Source: Macrostomum lignano (lineage: Eukaryota). Taken from it: a stretch of DNA of 64,000 nucleotides. Every line of letters starts with the position of its first letter. The stretch's first letter is position 1. Below the pieces are notes generated by a model that saw nothing but the letters and a program-made list of their open reading frames with translations, made no database searches and was not told the DNA's origin. The stretch spans positions 248,001-312,000 of the forward strand of contig NIVC01000646.1 in the NCBI GenBank assembly GCA_002269645.1, in the 5' to 3' direction. Below, in pieces: positions 1 through 12,342 of the stretch. The position numbers and the translations under genes are program-made.

Positions 1-3000
1 GTTTAGCGTCTTTAGAATCTAGCTTAGCGTCCATAGAATCTAGTTTAGCGTCTATAGAATCTAGTTTAGCGTCTATAGAATCTAGTTTAGCGTCTATAGA
101 ATCTAGTTTAGCGTCTTTAGAATCTAGCTTAGCGTCCATAGAATCTAGTTTAGCGTCTATAGAATCTAGTTTAGCGTCTATAGAATCTAGTTTAGCGTCT
201 ATAGAATCTAGTTTAGCGTCTTTAGAATCTAGCTTAGCGTCCATAGAATCTAGTTTAGCGTCTATAGAATCTAGTTTAGCGTCTATAGAATCTAGTTTAG
301 CGTCTATAGAATCTAGTTTAGCGTCTTTAGAATCTAGCTTAGCGTCTATAGAATCTAGTTTAGCGTCTATAGAATCTAGTTTAGCGTCTTTAGAATCTAG
401 CTTAGCGTCCATAGAATCTAGTTTAGCGTCTATAGAATCTAGTTTAGCGTCTATAGAATCTAGCTTAGCGTCTATAGAATCTAGTTTAGCGTCTATAGAA
501 TCTAGTTTAGCGTCTTTAGAATCTAGCTTAGCGTCCATAGAATCTAGTTTAGCGTCTATAGAATCTAGTTTAGCGTCTATAGAATCTAGTTTAGCGTCTA
601 TAGAATCTAGTTTAGCGTCTTTAGAATCTAGCTTAGCGTCCATAGAATCTAGTTTAGCGTCTATAGAATCTAGTTTAGCGTCTATAGAATCTAGTTTAGC
701 GTCTATAGAATCTAGTTTAGCGTCTTTAGAATCTAGCTTAGCGTCTTTAGAATCTAGTTTAGCGTCTATAGAATCTAGTTTAGCGTCTATAGAATCTAGT
801 TTAGCGTCTTTAGAATCTAGCTTAGCGTCCATAGAATCTAGTTTAGCGTCTATAGAATCTAGCTTAGCGTCTATAGAATCTAGTTTAGCGTCTATAGAAT
901 CTAGTTTAGCGTCTATAGAATCTAGTTTAGCGTCTATAGAATCTAGTTTAGCGTCCATAGAATCTAGTTTAGCGTCTATAGAATCTAGTTTAGCGTCTAT
1001 AGAATCTAGTTTAGCGTCTATAGAATCTAGTTTAGCGTCTATAGAATCTAGTTTAGCGTCTTTAGAATCTAGCTTAGCGTCCATAGAATCTAGTTTAGCG
1101 TCTATAGAATCTGATCTAGCGTCTATAGAATCTAGTTTAGCGTCTATAGAATCTAGTTTAGCGTCTATAGAATCTAGTTTAGCGTCTATAGAATCTAGTT
1201 TAGCGTCTATAGAATCTAGTTTAGCGTCTTTAGAATCTAGCTTAGCGTCTTTAGAATCTAGTTTAGCGTCTATAGAATCTAGTTTAGCGTCTATAGAATC
1301 TAGTTTAGCGTCTTTAGAATCTAGCTTAGCGTCCATAGAATCTAGTTTAGCGTCTATAGAATCTAGCTTAGCGTCTATAGAATCTAGTTTAGCGTCTATA
1401 GAATCTAGTTTAGCGTCTATAGAATCTAGTTTAGCGTCTATAGAATCTAGTTTAGCGTCCATAGAATCTAGTTTAGCGTCTATAGAATCTAGTTTAGCGT
1501 CTATAGAATCTAGTTTAGCGTCTATAGAATCTAGTTTAGCGTCTATAGAATCTAGTTTAGCGTCTTTAGAATCTAGCTTAGCGTCCATAGAATCTAGTTT
1601 AGCGTCTATAGAATCTGATCTAGCGTCTATAGAATCTAGTTTAGCGTCTATAGAATCTAGTTTAGCGTCCATAGAATCTAGTTTAGCGTCTATAGAATCT
1701 AGTTTAGCGTCTATAGAATCTAGTTTAGCGTCTATAGAATCTAGTTTAGCGTCTATAGAATCTAGTTTAGCGTCTATAGAATCTAGTTTAGCGTCTTTAG
1801 AATCTAGCTTAGCGTCTTTAGAATCTAGTTTAGCGTCTATAGAATCTAGTTTAGCGTCTATAGAATCTAGTTTAGCGTCTTTAGAATCTAGCTTAGCGTC
1901 CATAGAATCTAGTTTAGCGTCTATAGAATCTAGCTTAGCGTCTATAGAATCTAGTTTAGCGTCTATAGAATCTAGTTTAGCGTCTATAGAATCTAGTTTA
2001 GCGTCTATAGAATCTAGTTTAGCGTCCATAGAATCTAGTTTAGCGTCTATAGAATCTAGTTTAGCGTCTATAGAATCTAGTTTAGCGTCTATAGAATCTA
2101 GTTTAGCGTCTATAGAATCTAGTTTAGCGTCTTTAGAATCTAGCTTAGCGTCCATAGAATCTAGTTTAGCGTCTATAGAATCTGATCTAGCGTCTATAGA
2201 ATCTAGTTTAGCGTCTATAGAATCTAGTTTAGCGTCTATAGAATCTAGTTTAGCGTCTATAGAATCTAGTTTAGCGTCTATAGAATCTAGTTTAGCGTCT
2301 TTAGAATCTAGCTTAGCGTCTTTAGAATCTAGTTTAGCGTCTATAGAATCTAGTTTAGCGTCTATAGAATCTAGTTTAGCGTCTTTAGAATCTAGCTTAG
2401 CGTCCATAGAATCTAGTTTAGCGTCTATAGAATCTAGCTTAGCGTCTATAGAATCTAGTTTAGCGTCTATAGAATCTAGTTTAGCGTCTATAGAATCTAG
2501 TTTAGCGTCTATAGAATCTAGTTTAGCGTCCATAGAATCTAGTTTAGCGTCTATAGAATCTAGTTTAGCGTCTATAGAATCTAGTTTAGCGTCTATAGAA
2601 TCTAGTTTAGCGTCTATAGAATCTAGTTTAGCGTCTTTAGAATCTAGCTTAGCGTCCATAGAATCTAGTTTAGCGTCTATAGAATCTGATCTAGCGTCTA
2701 TAGAATCTAGTTTAGCGTCTATAGAATCTAGTTTAGCGTCTATAGAATCTAGTTTAGCGTCTATAGAATCTAGTTTAGCGTCTATAGAATCTAGTTTAGC
2801 GTCTATAGAATCTAGTTTAGCGTCTATAGAATCTAGTTTAGCGTCTATAGAATCTAGTTTAGCGTCCATAGAATCTAGTTTAGCGTCTATAGAATCTAGT
2901 TTAGCGTCTATAGAATCTAGTTTAGCGTCTATAGAATCTAGTTTAGCGTCCATAGAATCTAGTTTAGCGTCTATAGAATCTAGTTTAGCGTCTATAGAAT

Positions 3001-3632
3001 CTAGTTTAGCGTCTATAGAATCTAGTTTAGCGTCTATAGAATCTAGTTTAGCGTCTATAGAATCTAGTTTAGCGTCTATAGAATCTAGTTTAGCGTCTAT
3101 AGAATCTAGTTTAGCGTCTATAGAATCTAGTTTAGCGTCTATAGAATCTAGTTTAGCGTCTATAGAATCTAGTTTAGCGTCTATAGAATCTAGTTTAGCG
3201 TCTATAGAATCTAGTTTAGCGTCTATAGAATCTAGTTTAGCGTCTATAGAATCTAGTTTAGCGTCTATAGAATCTAGTTTAGCGTCTATAGAATCTAGTT
3301 TAGCGTCTATAGAATCTAGTTTAGCGTCTATAGAATCTAGTTTAGCGTCTATAGAATCTACTTTAGCGTCTATAGAATCTAGTTTAGCGTCTATAGAATC
3401 TAGTTTAGCGTCTTTAGAATCTAGCTTAGCGTCTATAGAATCTAGTTTAGCGTCTATAGAATCTACTTTAGCGTCTATAGAATCTAGTTTAGCGTCTATA
3501 GAATCTAGTTTAGCGTCTTTAGAATCTAGCTTAGCGTCTATAGAATCTAGTTTAGCGTCTATAGAATCTACTTTAGCGTCTATAGAATCTAGTTTAGCGT
3601 CTATAGAATCTAGCTTAGCGTCTATAGAATCT
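1..3632. repeat. 21-bp satellite array with higher-order structure, runs off the window start
   Basis: About 170 copies of GTTTAGCGTCTATAGAATCTA with recurring variants (GCTTAG, CCATAG, TTTAG, GATCTAG). Confidence 0.97.
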
Positions 3633-4214
3633 AATCAGGCACTTCTGAAGTCTGCAGTAGAGGGGCTGCGCCTTTATCCAAGTGCCAAGTGCCTCAAAGT
3701 TTACCAACGCTAACAAATTGAACGATTTAATTGAATACTTACCTAATGCAGATACATGTAGTTCTCTGTTTGAACTCGTTCGACTCACTGCAGGATGCGC
3801 AAAGCTCTTTATTGGCGTCCGGAGGAGACACGCACGGGTCAGAGAGAGAGAGAGAGGAACCCACATTCAACATTTAACGAGTCGCAGAGAAAAGCACAAC
3901 TGCATGCATTAGACTAAATGAGGCTCATCTTACGCTTGGACTGGCCGTATTTGCCCGGAGGCACGAACCTGCAGAGGTGCCCCCCGATCTCTTTGCTCTG
4001 CACACAGACTTCACCGTGCCCCCCCCAGTGCGGCCGGCTGAATCTCGTTTATTGCCGGGCCACTTAGCCGTGCGTTTTTGATCCTCTCTGCTTTCGCTGC
4101 TGCTGGCCTCTGCCTGCCGTGTCTTCTTTTTGCTTCTTTCGCACGCGGTCGCAGACTAGAACTAATTGCACACTCTCTCCTTTCACCCCAGATTTTCTCT
4201 CGCGCCTACCTTTC

Positions 4215-5225
4215 CTGTATTCCTATCTCTATTCTCTCCCTGTCTTTTTCCTATCTCCTCCAATCTCTATTCTCTCCGTCTATTTCTTATCTCTCTCCCC
4301 CAATATCTATTCTCTTCCTGTCTATCTCCTATCTCTCCCCCCAATATCTATTCTCTCCCTGTCTATTTCCTATCTCTCCCCCCCCCAATATCTATTCTCT
4401 CCCTGTCTATTTCCTATCTCTCCCCCCCCAATATCTATTCTCTCCCTGTCTATTTCCTATCTCTCTCCCCCAATATCTATTCTCTCCCTGTCTATCTCCT
4501 ATCTCCCCCCCCCAATATCTATTCTCTCCCTGTCTATCTCCTATCTCTCTCCCCCAATATCTATTCTCTCCCTGTCTATCTTCTATCTCTCTCCCCCAAT
4601 ATCTATTCTCTCTCCGTCTATCTTCTATCTCTCTCCCCCAATATCTATTCTCTCCCTGTCTATCTCCTATCTCTCTCCCACAATATCTATTCTCTCCCTG
4701 TCTATTTCCTATCTTTCTCCTCCAATCTCTATTCTCTCCCTATCTATCTCCTATCTCTCTCCCCAAATATCTATTCTCTCCCTGTCTATTTCCTATCTTT
4801 CTCCTCCAATCTCTATTCTCTCCCTGTCTATTTCCTATCTCTCTCCTCCCATCTCTATTCTCTCCCTAACCATCTTCTATCCATCTCTTAATTCTATTCT
4901 CTCCGTCTATCTCCTATCCCTCGCCTATCTCTATTCTCTCCCTGTCTATTTCCTATCTTTCTCCTCCAATCTCTATTCTCTCCCTATCTATCTCCTATCT
5001 CTCTCCCCAAATATCTATTCTCTCCCTGTCTATTTCCTATCTTTCTCCTCCAATCTCTATTCTCTCCCTGTCTATTTCCTATCTCTCTCCTCCCATCTCT
5101 ATTCTCTCCCTAACCATCTTCTATCCAACTCTTAATTCTATTCTCTCCGTCTATCTCCTATCCCTCGCCTATCTCTATTCTCTCCCTGACCATCTCCTAC
5201 CCATCTCATATTCTCTCCCTGTCCT
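4215..5225. repeat. CT-rich minisatellite (about 40-bp unit)
   Basis: Repeated CCCCAATATCTATTCTCTCCCTGTCTATYTCCTATCTCTCT; accounts for the low-complexity ORFs at 4078-5135. Confidence 0.93.
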
Positions 5226-5838
5226 CCATAGCCTATGTCTACAGCCTATAGCCTACAGAGATCTATAACCCTGCCTTGCATGTACTCGCTACACAGAGAG
5301 CTCGAATGAACAGCAGGAAGTGGGCCATGCGTGCAGTAATAAGCCATCTAATTCTTCCTGCCCATTAAAATGATAGACGAAACAGTATAATCAGACAACG
5401 ATTTTCTAAGCAGGCTCCAATTTAAGCTCAATTAAATATCTCATAAAACAACTTCCGGCTGTCTGGCGAGATGAGAGGGAGTGCAATTCTCCTTTTAAAG
5501 AAAAAACCAATAAGAATACGATGACTCTTATTGCCTACTTATAGTACAATAGCTTTACCACAAGTAACTGAAATAACTTTTTTGATCTAATAATTTGTGA
5601 CTATCAACAATCAAAAATGAAGAAATCTGGTAAATATTTGAACTCAATGAGTATTTGAACTCAAAAGACATCTAATGAATATGCAATGCATTATAATTAA
5701 AGTATATTTTCATCACAATTTATATTTTCTATCAATTGAAACAGGCTCGACACACATTTAGAGGATCGTTTCTGTGAGGCTTTTTGGAAATGCGGAATCA
5801 ACTGCTTGTGCTGAGTCACTGGGCCTCTGCGTGCCTTG

Positions 5839-6270
5839 GCTAGATTAGCAATCCATTCTATTCCCTAGATTAGCAATCCATTCTATTCCCTAGATTAGCA
5901 ATCCATTCTATTCCCTAGATTAGCAATCCATTCTATTCCCTAGATTAGCAATCCATTCTATTCCCTAGATTAGCAATCCATTCTATTCCCTAGATTAGCA
6001 ATCCATTCTATTCCCTAGATTAGCAATCCATTCTATTCCCTAGATTAGCAATCCATTCTATTCCCTAGATTAGCAATCCATTCTATTCCCTAGATTAGCA
6101 ATCCATTCTATTCCCTAGATTAGCAATCCATTCTATTCCCTAGATTAGCAATTCATTCTATTCCCTAGATTAGCAATCCATTCTATTCCCTAGATTAGCA
6201 ATCCATTCTATTCCCTAGATTAACAATCCATTCTATTCCTGCATCCACATATTGGCTAGATTAGCAATCC
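5839..6270. repeat. 25-bp minisatellite
   Basis: TAGATTAGCAATCCATTCTATTCCC, about 16 near-perfect copies. Confidence 0.95.
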
Positions 6271-6439
6271 ATCATGTTGCTCAGTACCAGAAAAGCAGCA
6301 AGTCAAACAAGTGCTAAATGAAATTGCCAGAAAGACAAACCGACAAAGAACAAAAAAATATGATAGAAAAGCACAGACAGCAAAAGTTGGAAAATTTTAA
6401 CACGACAGCTTAACTAAAGAACTCACCGAATATTAATAA

Positions 6440-6870
6440 AACTGATGTCCCATCCTAACAAATAAATGTACTTTACTATCATGACCTAAATGATGTCACA
6501 CCCTAAAAAACAATACTGTCCTGACCTAAATGACGTCCCATCCTAACAAACAAATGTACTTTACTGTCCTGACCTAAATGACGTCACATCCTGACAAACA
6601 AATGTACTTTACTGTCCTGACCTAAATGACGTCACATCCTGACAAACAAATGTACTTTACTGTCCTGACCTAAATGACGTCACATCCTGACAAACAAATG
6701 TACTTTACTGTCCTGACCTAAATGACGTCACATCCTGACAAACAAATGTACTTTCCTGTCCTGACCTAAATGACGTTACATCCTGACAAACAAATGTACT
6801 TTCCTGTCCTGACCTAAATGACGTCATATTCTAATAAATAGATGCAATTTACTGTCCTGATCTAAATGAG
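6440..6870. repeat. 48-bp minisatellite
   Basis: CTGACCTAAATGACGTCACATCCTGACAAACAAATGTACTTTACTGTC, about 8 copies with degenerate ends. Confidence 0.93.
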
Positions 6871-7278
6871 GTTATAAATATCTAAATATCCAGAAGGCGC
6901 TTTCAAAAGCCCCAATGATAAATAACTACAGAAGCATGAAATACGGATAACACAGTAGATCTAGACATTTTTTTCTTCTAACGAGCGGCAATTCCCGAAA
7001 AACGGAAAACGCCTAAAAAAGGAGCAGTGAAAAAATTTTTTGTCGTTAGGCGGGCAGGGCAGGTTTTTGGCATCGAATGCTGCATGATCGAACAATAGTA
7101 AGCATGCGACTCAAAATAGTTTTTGCTCTGCGCTCTGCGTCACGACTTCATATACATACAAATCTATAAATATAATTGTTGTGCGGCAAAATCTCTGTTC
7201 TTTTTGTTTGGAAAATAAGCAGAAAAATATGAGTCTTAAGCACACTAAGCATTTAGTATAGCTCGTAGTTAAATTAGC

Positions 7279-7830
7279 ATGATGAGACATCTATACACGA
7301 TGAGACATCTAGACACGATGAGACATCCAGACATGATGAGACATCTAGACACGATGAGACATCCAGACACGATGAGACATCTAGACATGATGAGACATCT
7401 AGACACGATGAGACATCCAGACATGATGAGACATCTAGACACGATGAGACATCCAGACACGATGAGACATCCAGACATGATGAGACATCTAGACATGATG
7501 AGACATCTAGACACGATGAGACATCCAGACATGATGAGACATCCAGACATGATGAGACATCTAGACACGATGAGACATCCAGACATGATGAGACATCCAG
7601 ACATGATGAGACATCCAGACATGATGAGACATCGAGACATGAGACATTCAGAAATGATAAAGACATCGAGACAGGATAAGACATCTGGACATGATGAAAC
7701 ATTTGGACATGAGTAGACATTTGGACATGAGAATACATAAAAAAATAAGGGAGACATTAAAGACATGATAAGACATATAGACATAACAGCCAAACGACAT
7801 AGGGAGACATCTTGACATGATGAGACAACC
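7279..7830. repeat. 18-bp minisatellite
   Basis: ATGAGACATCYAGACAYG repeated. Confidence 0.93.
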
Positions 7831-7943
7831 GACACGAGGAGAAGTAGCAGAATTATAAATTAAATCAACTGCTAAAAATAATAAGAAAACTAAGCATAAA
7901 ATGCTACTGACAGGCTTCTATACCAGTAGGCGGGAAAGCTTTG

Positions 7944-8740
7944 TCAGGACTGCGGCGGGTTCCAGGCCGACACGCCCATGTCGAATGTGAAAGCGCCTTC
8001 GCTGCCACCGCCGCGACCGCCGCCGACGCTGTACGCGCCGCGGTCGGCGCCACCGCTCCCGGACATGAGGTTGACCACTTGGCCAGTGTCGTCAGTCAGA
8101 GCGATGGCCGGCGAAGATGGAGCCACGGCGAATGCGGCAGCGGCGGCGGTGGAGGTGAAGGCGCTGGCGGAGGCCGCCGTGCTGGACAGCAGCGCCCCGG
8201 CTCGAATCTTGGCGTTCAACGACTCGATGGCGGCCAGGTCCATTTCGTCGTCCGAGTCCTCAGCGACGGCGGCGGCAGTGACTGTTGATGTAGGCGACGC
8301 TGGAGACGGCGACCATTGAATGTGCGGCTGCTGCAGGCCCGGTGGCATCGGCAGAGGACTCTGCGGAGATAGAAGGTCCATGGCTGCGGCTACCGTTGCT
8401 GAAGCCGCTGCCGCAGCCGCTGCAGCTGCGGCGGAAGCGGACGAAGCGCCGCCGGGATCTGAGCGAGCCTGGGAGGCCCGGCGGGAAGATGCGGCGGCGG
8501 CCGACATCAGTTCGTGCAGCAGGGCCGACCTGCTGGTGACTCCGTAGTAGCCGCCGCCTCCACCGCCTGATGTAGACGAGGCCGACGAGCCTTCGCTGCA
8601 GCGGCGACGGGCGGCGGCCGCTAAGAAATGTTGCGCAGACACGGGCGGCTTCTCGACGCCGCCACCTGCTAACCGACCAGCGCCACCGCCTCCGCCGCGC
8701 TCTGAACAGCTGCCGTGTCGGCGTAGAAACAGCTGACCGC
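7944..8740 (-). CDS. SIK: Salt-inducible kinase, exon 5 (last; low-complexity C-terminal tail)
   Basis: Acceptor CCCTCAG at 8741-8742. Its phase 1 matches the exon 4 donor. Reads S-GQLFLRRHGS...RRAS...WNPPQS-stop and carries PKA-type RRxS motifs. No domain homology confirms the junction. Confidence 0.7.
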
Positions 8741-8844
8741 CTGAGGGTGCATCGTAAAAATAAATCTTGACCCGCCTAGTAGGCAATTATTGCTCATTGG
8801 ATAGAGCTGCTTCAGAATGCCACAAAATTTTATTCCCCTACGCC

Positions 8845-9350
8845 CCAATTTTAATCAAGTCTGACCCTTATCTGTGCGTCTCTTCGCTTTTTGGCTGGAG
8901 CCGCTGCCCACCCCCGAATTTCCTTTCTGACGCCCCTCACTCTCAATTTTAATCAAACTGGCTAAAGTCTGACCCTGATCTGTGCGTCTCTTCGCTTATT
9001 GGCTGGAGCCGCTGCCCCACTCCCGAATTTCCTTTCCCAATTTTAATCAAACTGGCTAAAGTCTGACCCTTATCTGTGCGTCTCTTCGCTTATTGGCTGG
9101 AGCCGCTGCCCCACTCCCGAATTTCCTTTCCGACACCCCTCACTCCCAATTGTAATCAAACTGGCTAAACGTATGACCCTTATCTGTGCTGTGCGTCTCT
9201 TCGCTTATTGGCTGGAGCCGCTGCCCCACCCCGAATTTCCTTTCTGACGCCTCTCACTCGTAATTTTAATCAAACTGGCTAAAGTCTGACCTTTATCTGT
9301 GCGTCTCTTCGCTTTTTGGCTGGAGCCGCTGCCCCACCCCCAAAAGTTCC
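8845..9350. repeat. About 110-bp tandem repeat, about 5 copies (SIK intron 4)
   Basis: Repeated AATTTTAATCAAACTGGCTAAAGTCTGACCCTTATCTGTGCGTCTCTTCGCTTATTGGCTGGAGCCGCTGCCCCAC. Confidence 0.9.
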
Positions 9351-10107
9351 TTTTCAATGCCTCCACTTATTGGATATAATATATGGATAACTGCAGATTT
9401 TAAACACAGATAAAGAATGAATGCAAATCACAGGCAACCAAAAGCAAGAATTTAATGCAAGCTTTCCGTAAAGCAAAAATCTGTGTTCCAGACATTTGTG
9501 AACCTGCACGGAACACAAAGCATTCGACTCAGAAACAGGAACAGCTAAATTTGTCCCTGTCCAACAAGATTGCACTTACTCAACACTAACTTCAAATGAG
9601 AAATTGGGGATCTTAACAGGAAACAGCAAAGCCACGCGGACAAATAAAAGCATAGTCCAAAAATAGAGCTACAAAAGCATTGCTTTTGTTCTCGCTTACT
9701 CCAACCTCCTATTTGAGGAAAAAAGCCTTCAAACAGACTGGCTGAAGACTCACTAAATAGATTGGCCACTAAATAATACACGTCTAAGGTTTTACAAATC
9801 AACTGCCGACAGACACATGGGCGCACTTTTATCTAACATTTTTGCCGCATCTTTTACTTCCACTGTCTCGTTTACATTTATCAAGTTTTCTTTTGAGGCC
9901 TCCGCGAAGTTGAAGAGAACACTCGGGGGAAAACTACAAGGCTGCCATGCGTCACGTACTAGTCGTACTAGTACGACGTACTAGTCATCAATCATCATGT
10001 AGAATTGCAGTGCCAACATGCGACTGTGACTTGAAATTTCTTTCAACTAAACTAATACAAAGTGAAAACTTAGTATGAAACAACTTTTTAAAATTCATTC
10101 TACGCTG

Positions 10108-10205
10108 AAAGCACACCTTATAGCTTGGACTTGCTTCATCTACAAGCACACCTTATAGCTTGGACTTGCTTCATCTACAAGCACACCTTATAGCTTGGAC
10201 TTGCT
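10108..10205. repeat. 35-bp repeat, about 3 copies
   Basis: GCACACC starts at 10111, 10146 and 10181. Confidence 0.85.
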
Positions 10206-10871
10206 TTATTTGCATTTGGAAGATCTATTGGCTGAAAGCTAAAGAATTAAAAAGTACAAACAAGGGACACAGCAAAGCAATAAGGTCCTCAAGGCGGCAA
10301 GCATATCAACACAGACACTTTGGAAGCCCGAGAACTGATTAAATAATTTGAGAGCAGATGTGCAGCATCGATATAGGCCTGTAATATTTACCAGCTGGCG
10401 GCCGGTGCCGACAACTCGACAATGTCTGCGACGTTTCGACTAATGTAGAATTATGTAACAGTAAAACCAGAAATTAGCCAGGAAAAGAAATGCAACAGCC
10501 GTTCACAAAGGCGACTAACAGAAATATTACAGGGCACTAAATTGAAGAGAAAGTTTTCTATTTTTAGTAACTGCAGACTGACTGGCTGATTGCTAGGCTA
10601 GAAAACAAAAAAACGGTAAATAAAGAATAGAAATAATAACTGCCGCTGAAATTGATAAGCCGAAAGGGACAAAAATATTTTATAAACCATGTTATGCTAC
10701 ACCCACGCGAAAATAGATTCCTGAATAGGCATCCTTGTTAAAAATACATTTTAAATTAGAGCTTGAGCTCATGGCTTTCATATCGGGAAGAAAAACAAAA
10801 AATATATCAATGGGTATTTGGATTAGAATTCCAACTCAGTTGCGTTTAATTGGATCATGCGCCCGGTTCTC

Positions 10872-11446
10872 TGAATAATCCCAGATCCCCACTCGCTGGA
10901 TAATCCCAAATCCCCACTCACTGGATAATCCCAAATCCCCACTCACTGGATAATCCCAAATCCCCACTCACTGGATAATCCCAAATCCCCACTCACTGGA
11001 TAATCCCAAATCCCCACTCACTGGATAATCCCAAATCCCCACTCACTGGATGATTTCCAAATCCCCCTTGCTGGATAATCCCAAATCCCCAATCACTGGA
11101 TAATCCCAAATCCCCACTCACTGGATAATCCCAAATCCCCACTCGCTGGATAATCCCAAATCCCCGCTCACTGGATAATCCCAAATCCCCGCTCACTGGA
11201 TAATCCCAAATCCCCACTCGCTGGATAATCCCAAATCCCCGCTCACTGGATAATCCCAAATCCCCACTCGCTGGATAATCCCAAATCCCCACTCACTGGA
11301 TAATCCCAAATCCCCACTCGCTGGATAATCCCAAATCCCCACTCACTGGATAATCCAAAATCCCCGCTCACTGGATAATCCCAAATCCCCACTCACTGGA
11401 TAATCCAAAATCCCCACTCACTGGATAATCCCGAATCCCCACTCAC
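10872..11446. repeat. 25-bp minisatellite starting at the SIK exon 4 donor
   Basis: CTGGATAATCCCAAATCCCCACTCA x about 23; on the minus strand most units contain CCA|GTGAGT. Confidence 0.95.
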
Positions 11447-12299
11447 TGGACGCTCCCGAGGTAGCCGCCGAACCGCTGCTGAGCCGACGCCGCGACTGTC
11501 CCGACGTCGATGCACTTCGAGTCCGCGACGGCGGTGACGACTTGCGAGCCGCTGATGGACCGCCCGCGGCCGAGGCTGAGGCGGCGACTTCCGCGGACAG
11601 AGTCGAGCGGCCTGCGGCGGCCTCCTCCGGGCAGCTGCTGCCGGCGTCGCGACTGGCGGGCCCGCCGGGCAGTAGCAGCGGGCCGCCGGCCCTGGCAGCG
11701 CCGTCGGAGGCGCGGCGCGGCAGCAGAGGCAGCGCCGGCGTCAATAAGTTCACCAGAGCCGGCTGGGTTGACCGGCGCGGCCCGGCGCTCGTACAAACCT
11801 CGTCGTCGGCTTCGTCCATCGGCGAGGCCGAAGACTCTTCGTCTTCGTTGCTGTTGGCGCCGCCTTCGCCCCGGTCCAGAAGGTCCTCGGCTAGGCAGTA
11901 GGCGCCGGCCAGCTGGTCGGAGCGGCCGGCGCGAACCGCCTCGGCCACTCGGTCGGCCGGGTAGCCCAGGCCGGCCAGGCGGGTCAGCACCCGAGCTGAC
12001 ACCTCCGCTGAGCCTGCCGCCGAGGCCGACGCCGCCTCCTCCTGCTCGGCGATGAGGGCCAGGAACCGGCGGCTGTGCGCGCTCTCCAGCATCCAAGGCT
12101 CGGCGCAGGCCTGGCGCAGGCTCAGCCGCCGGTCGGCCAGCGGGTGCAGCAAGCCGCGCAGGAGCCGCTCGCAGCCGTGCGACAGGTAGAAGGGATAGCG
12201 GACCAGGCCGCGGAGAACGCTGGCTCGGATGCTGGCCAGGCTGTCGCCGCAGAACGGGAAGGCGCCGCAGACCAGCACGTAGAGAATCACGCCGAGGCT
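11447..12299 (-). CDS. SIK: Salt-inducible kinase, exon 4 (kinase C-lobe, UBA-like region, RRAS)
   Basis: SLGVILYVLVCGAFPF...PFYLSHGCERLLRGLL...PWM matches AMPK-related/SIK subdomains IX-XI. AG acceptor at 12300-12301 and GTGAGT donor at 11441-11446. Confidence 0.9.
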
Positions 12300-12342
12300 C
12301 TGTGGGAGAGATGCGCCGGGTAAGGCTTATCTGGGTCCTAAG

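Noticed and set aside
3745-4165. Possible minus-strand exons (AG|GTAAGT donor near 3744; open frame about 4160-3935)
   Set aside because: No recognisable protein similarity or consistent exon chain could be built by eye.
9962-9977. Perfect 16-bp palindrome GTCGTACTAGTACGAC
   Set aside because: About one such palindrome is expected by chance in 64 kb.
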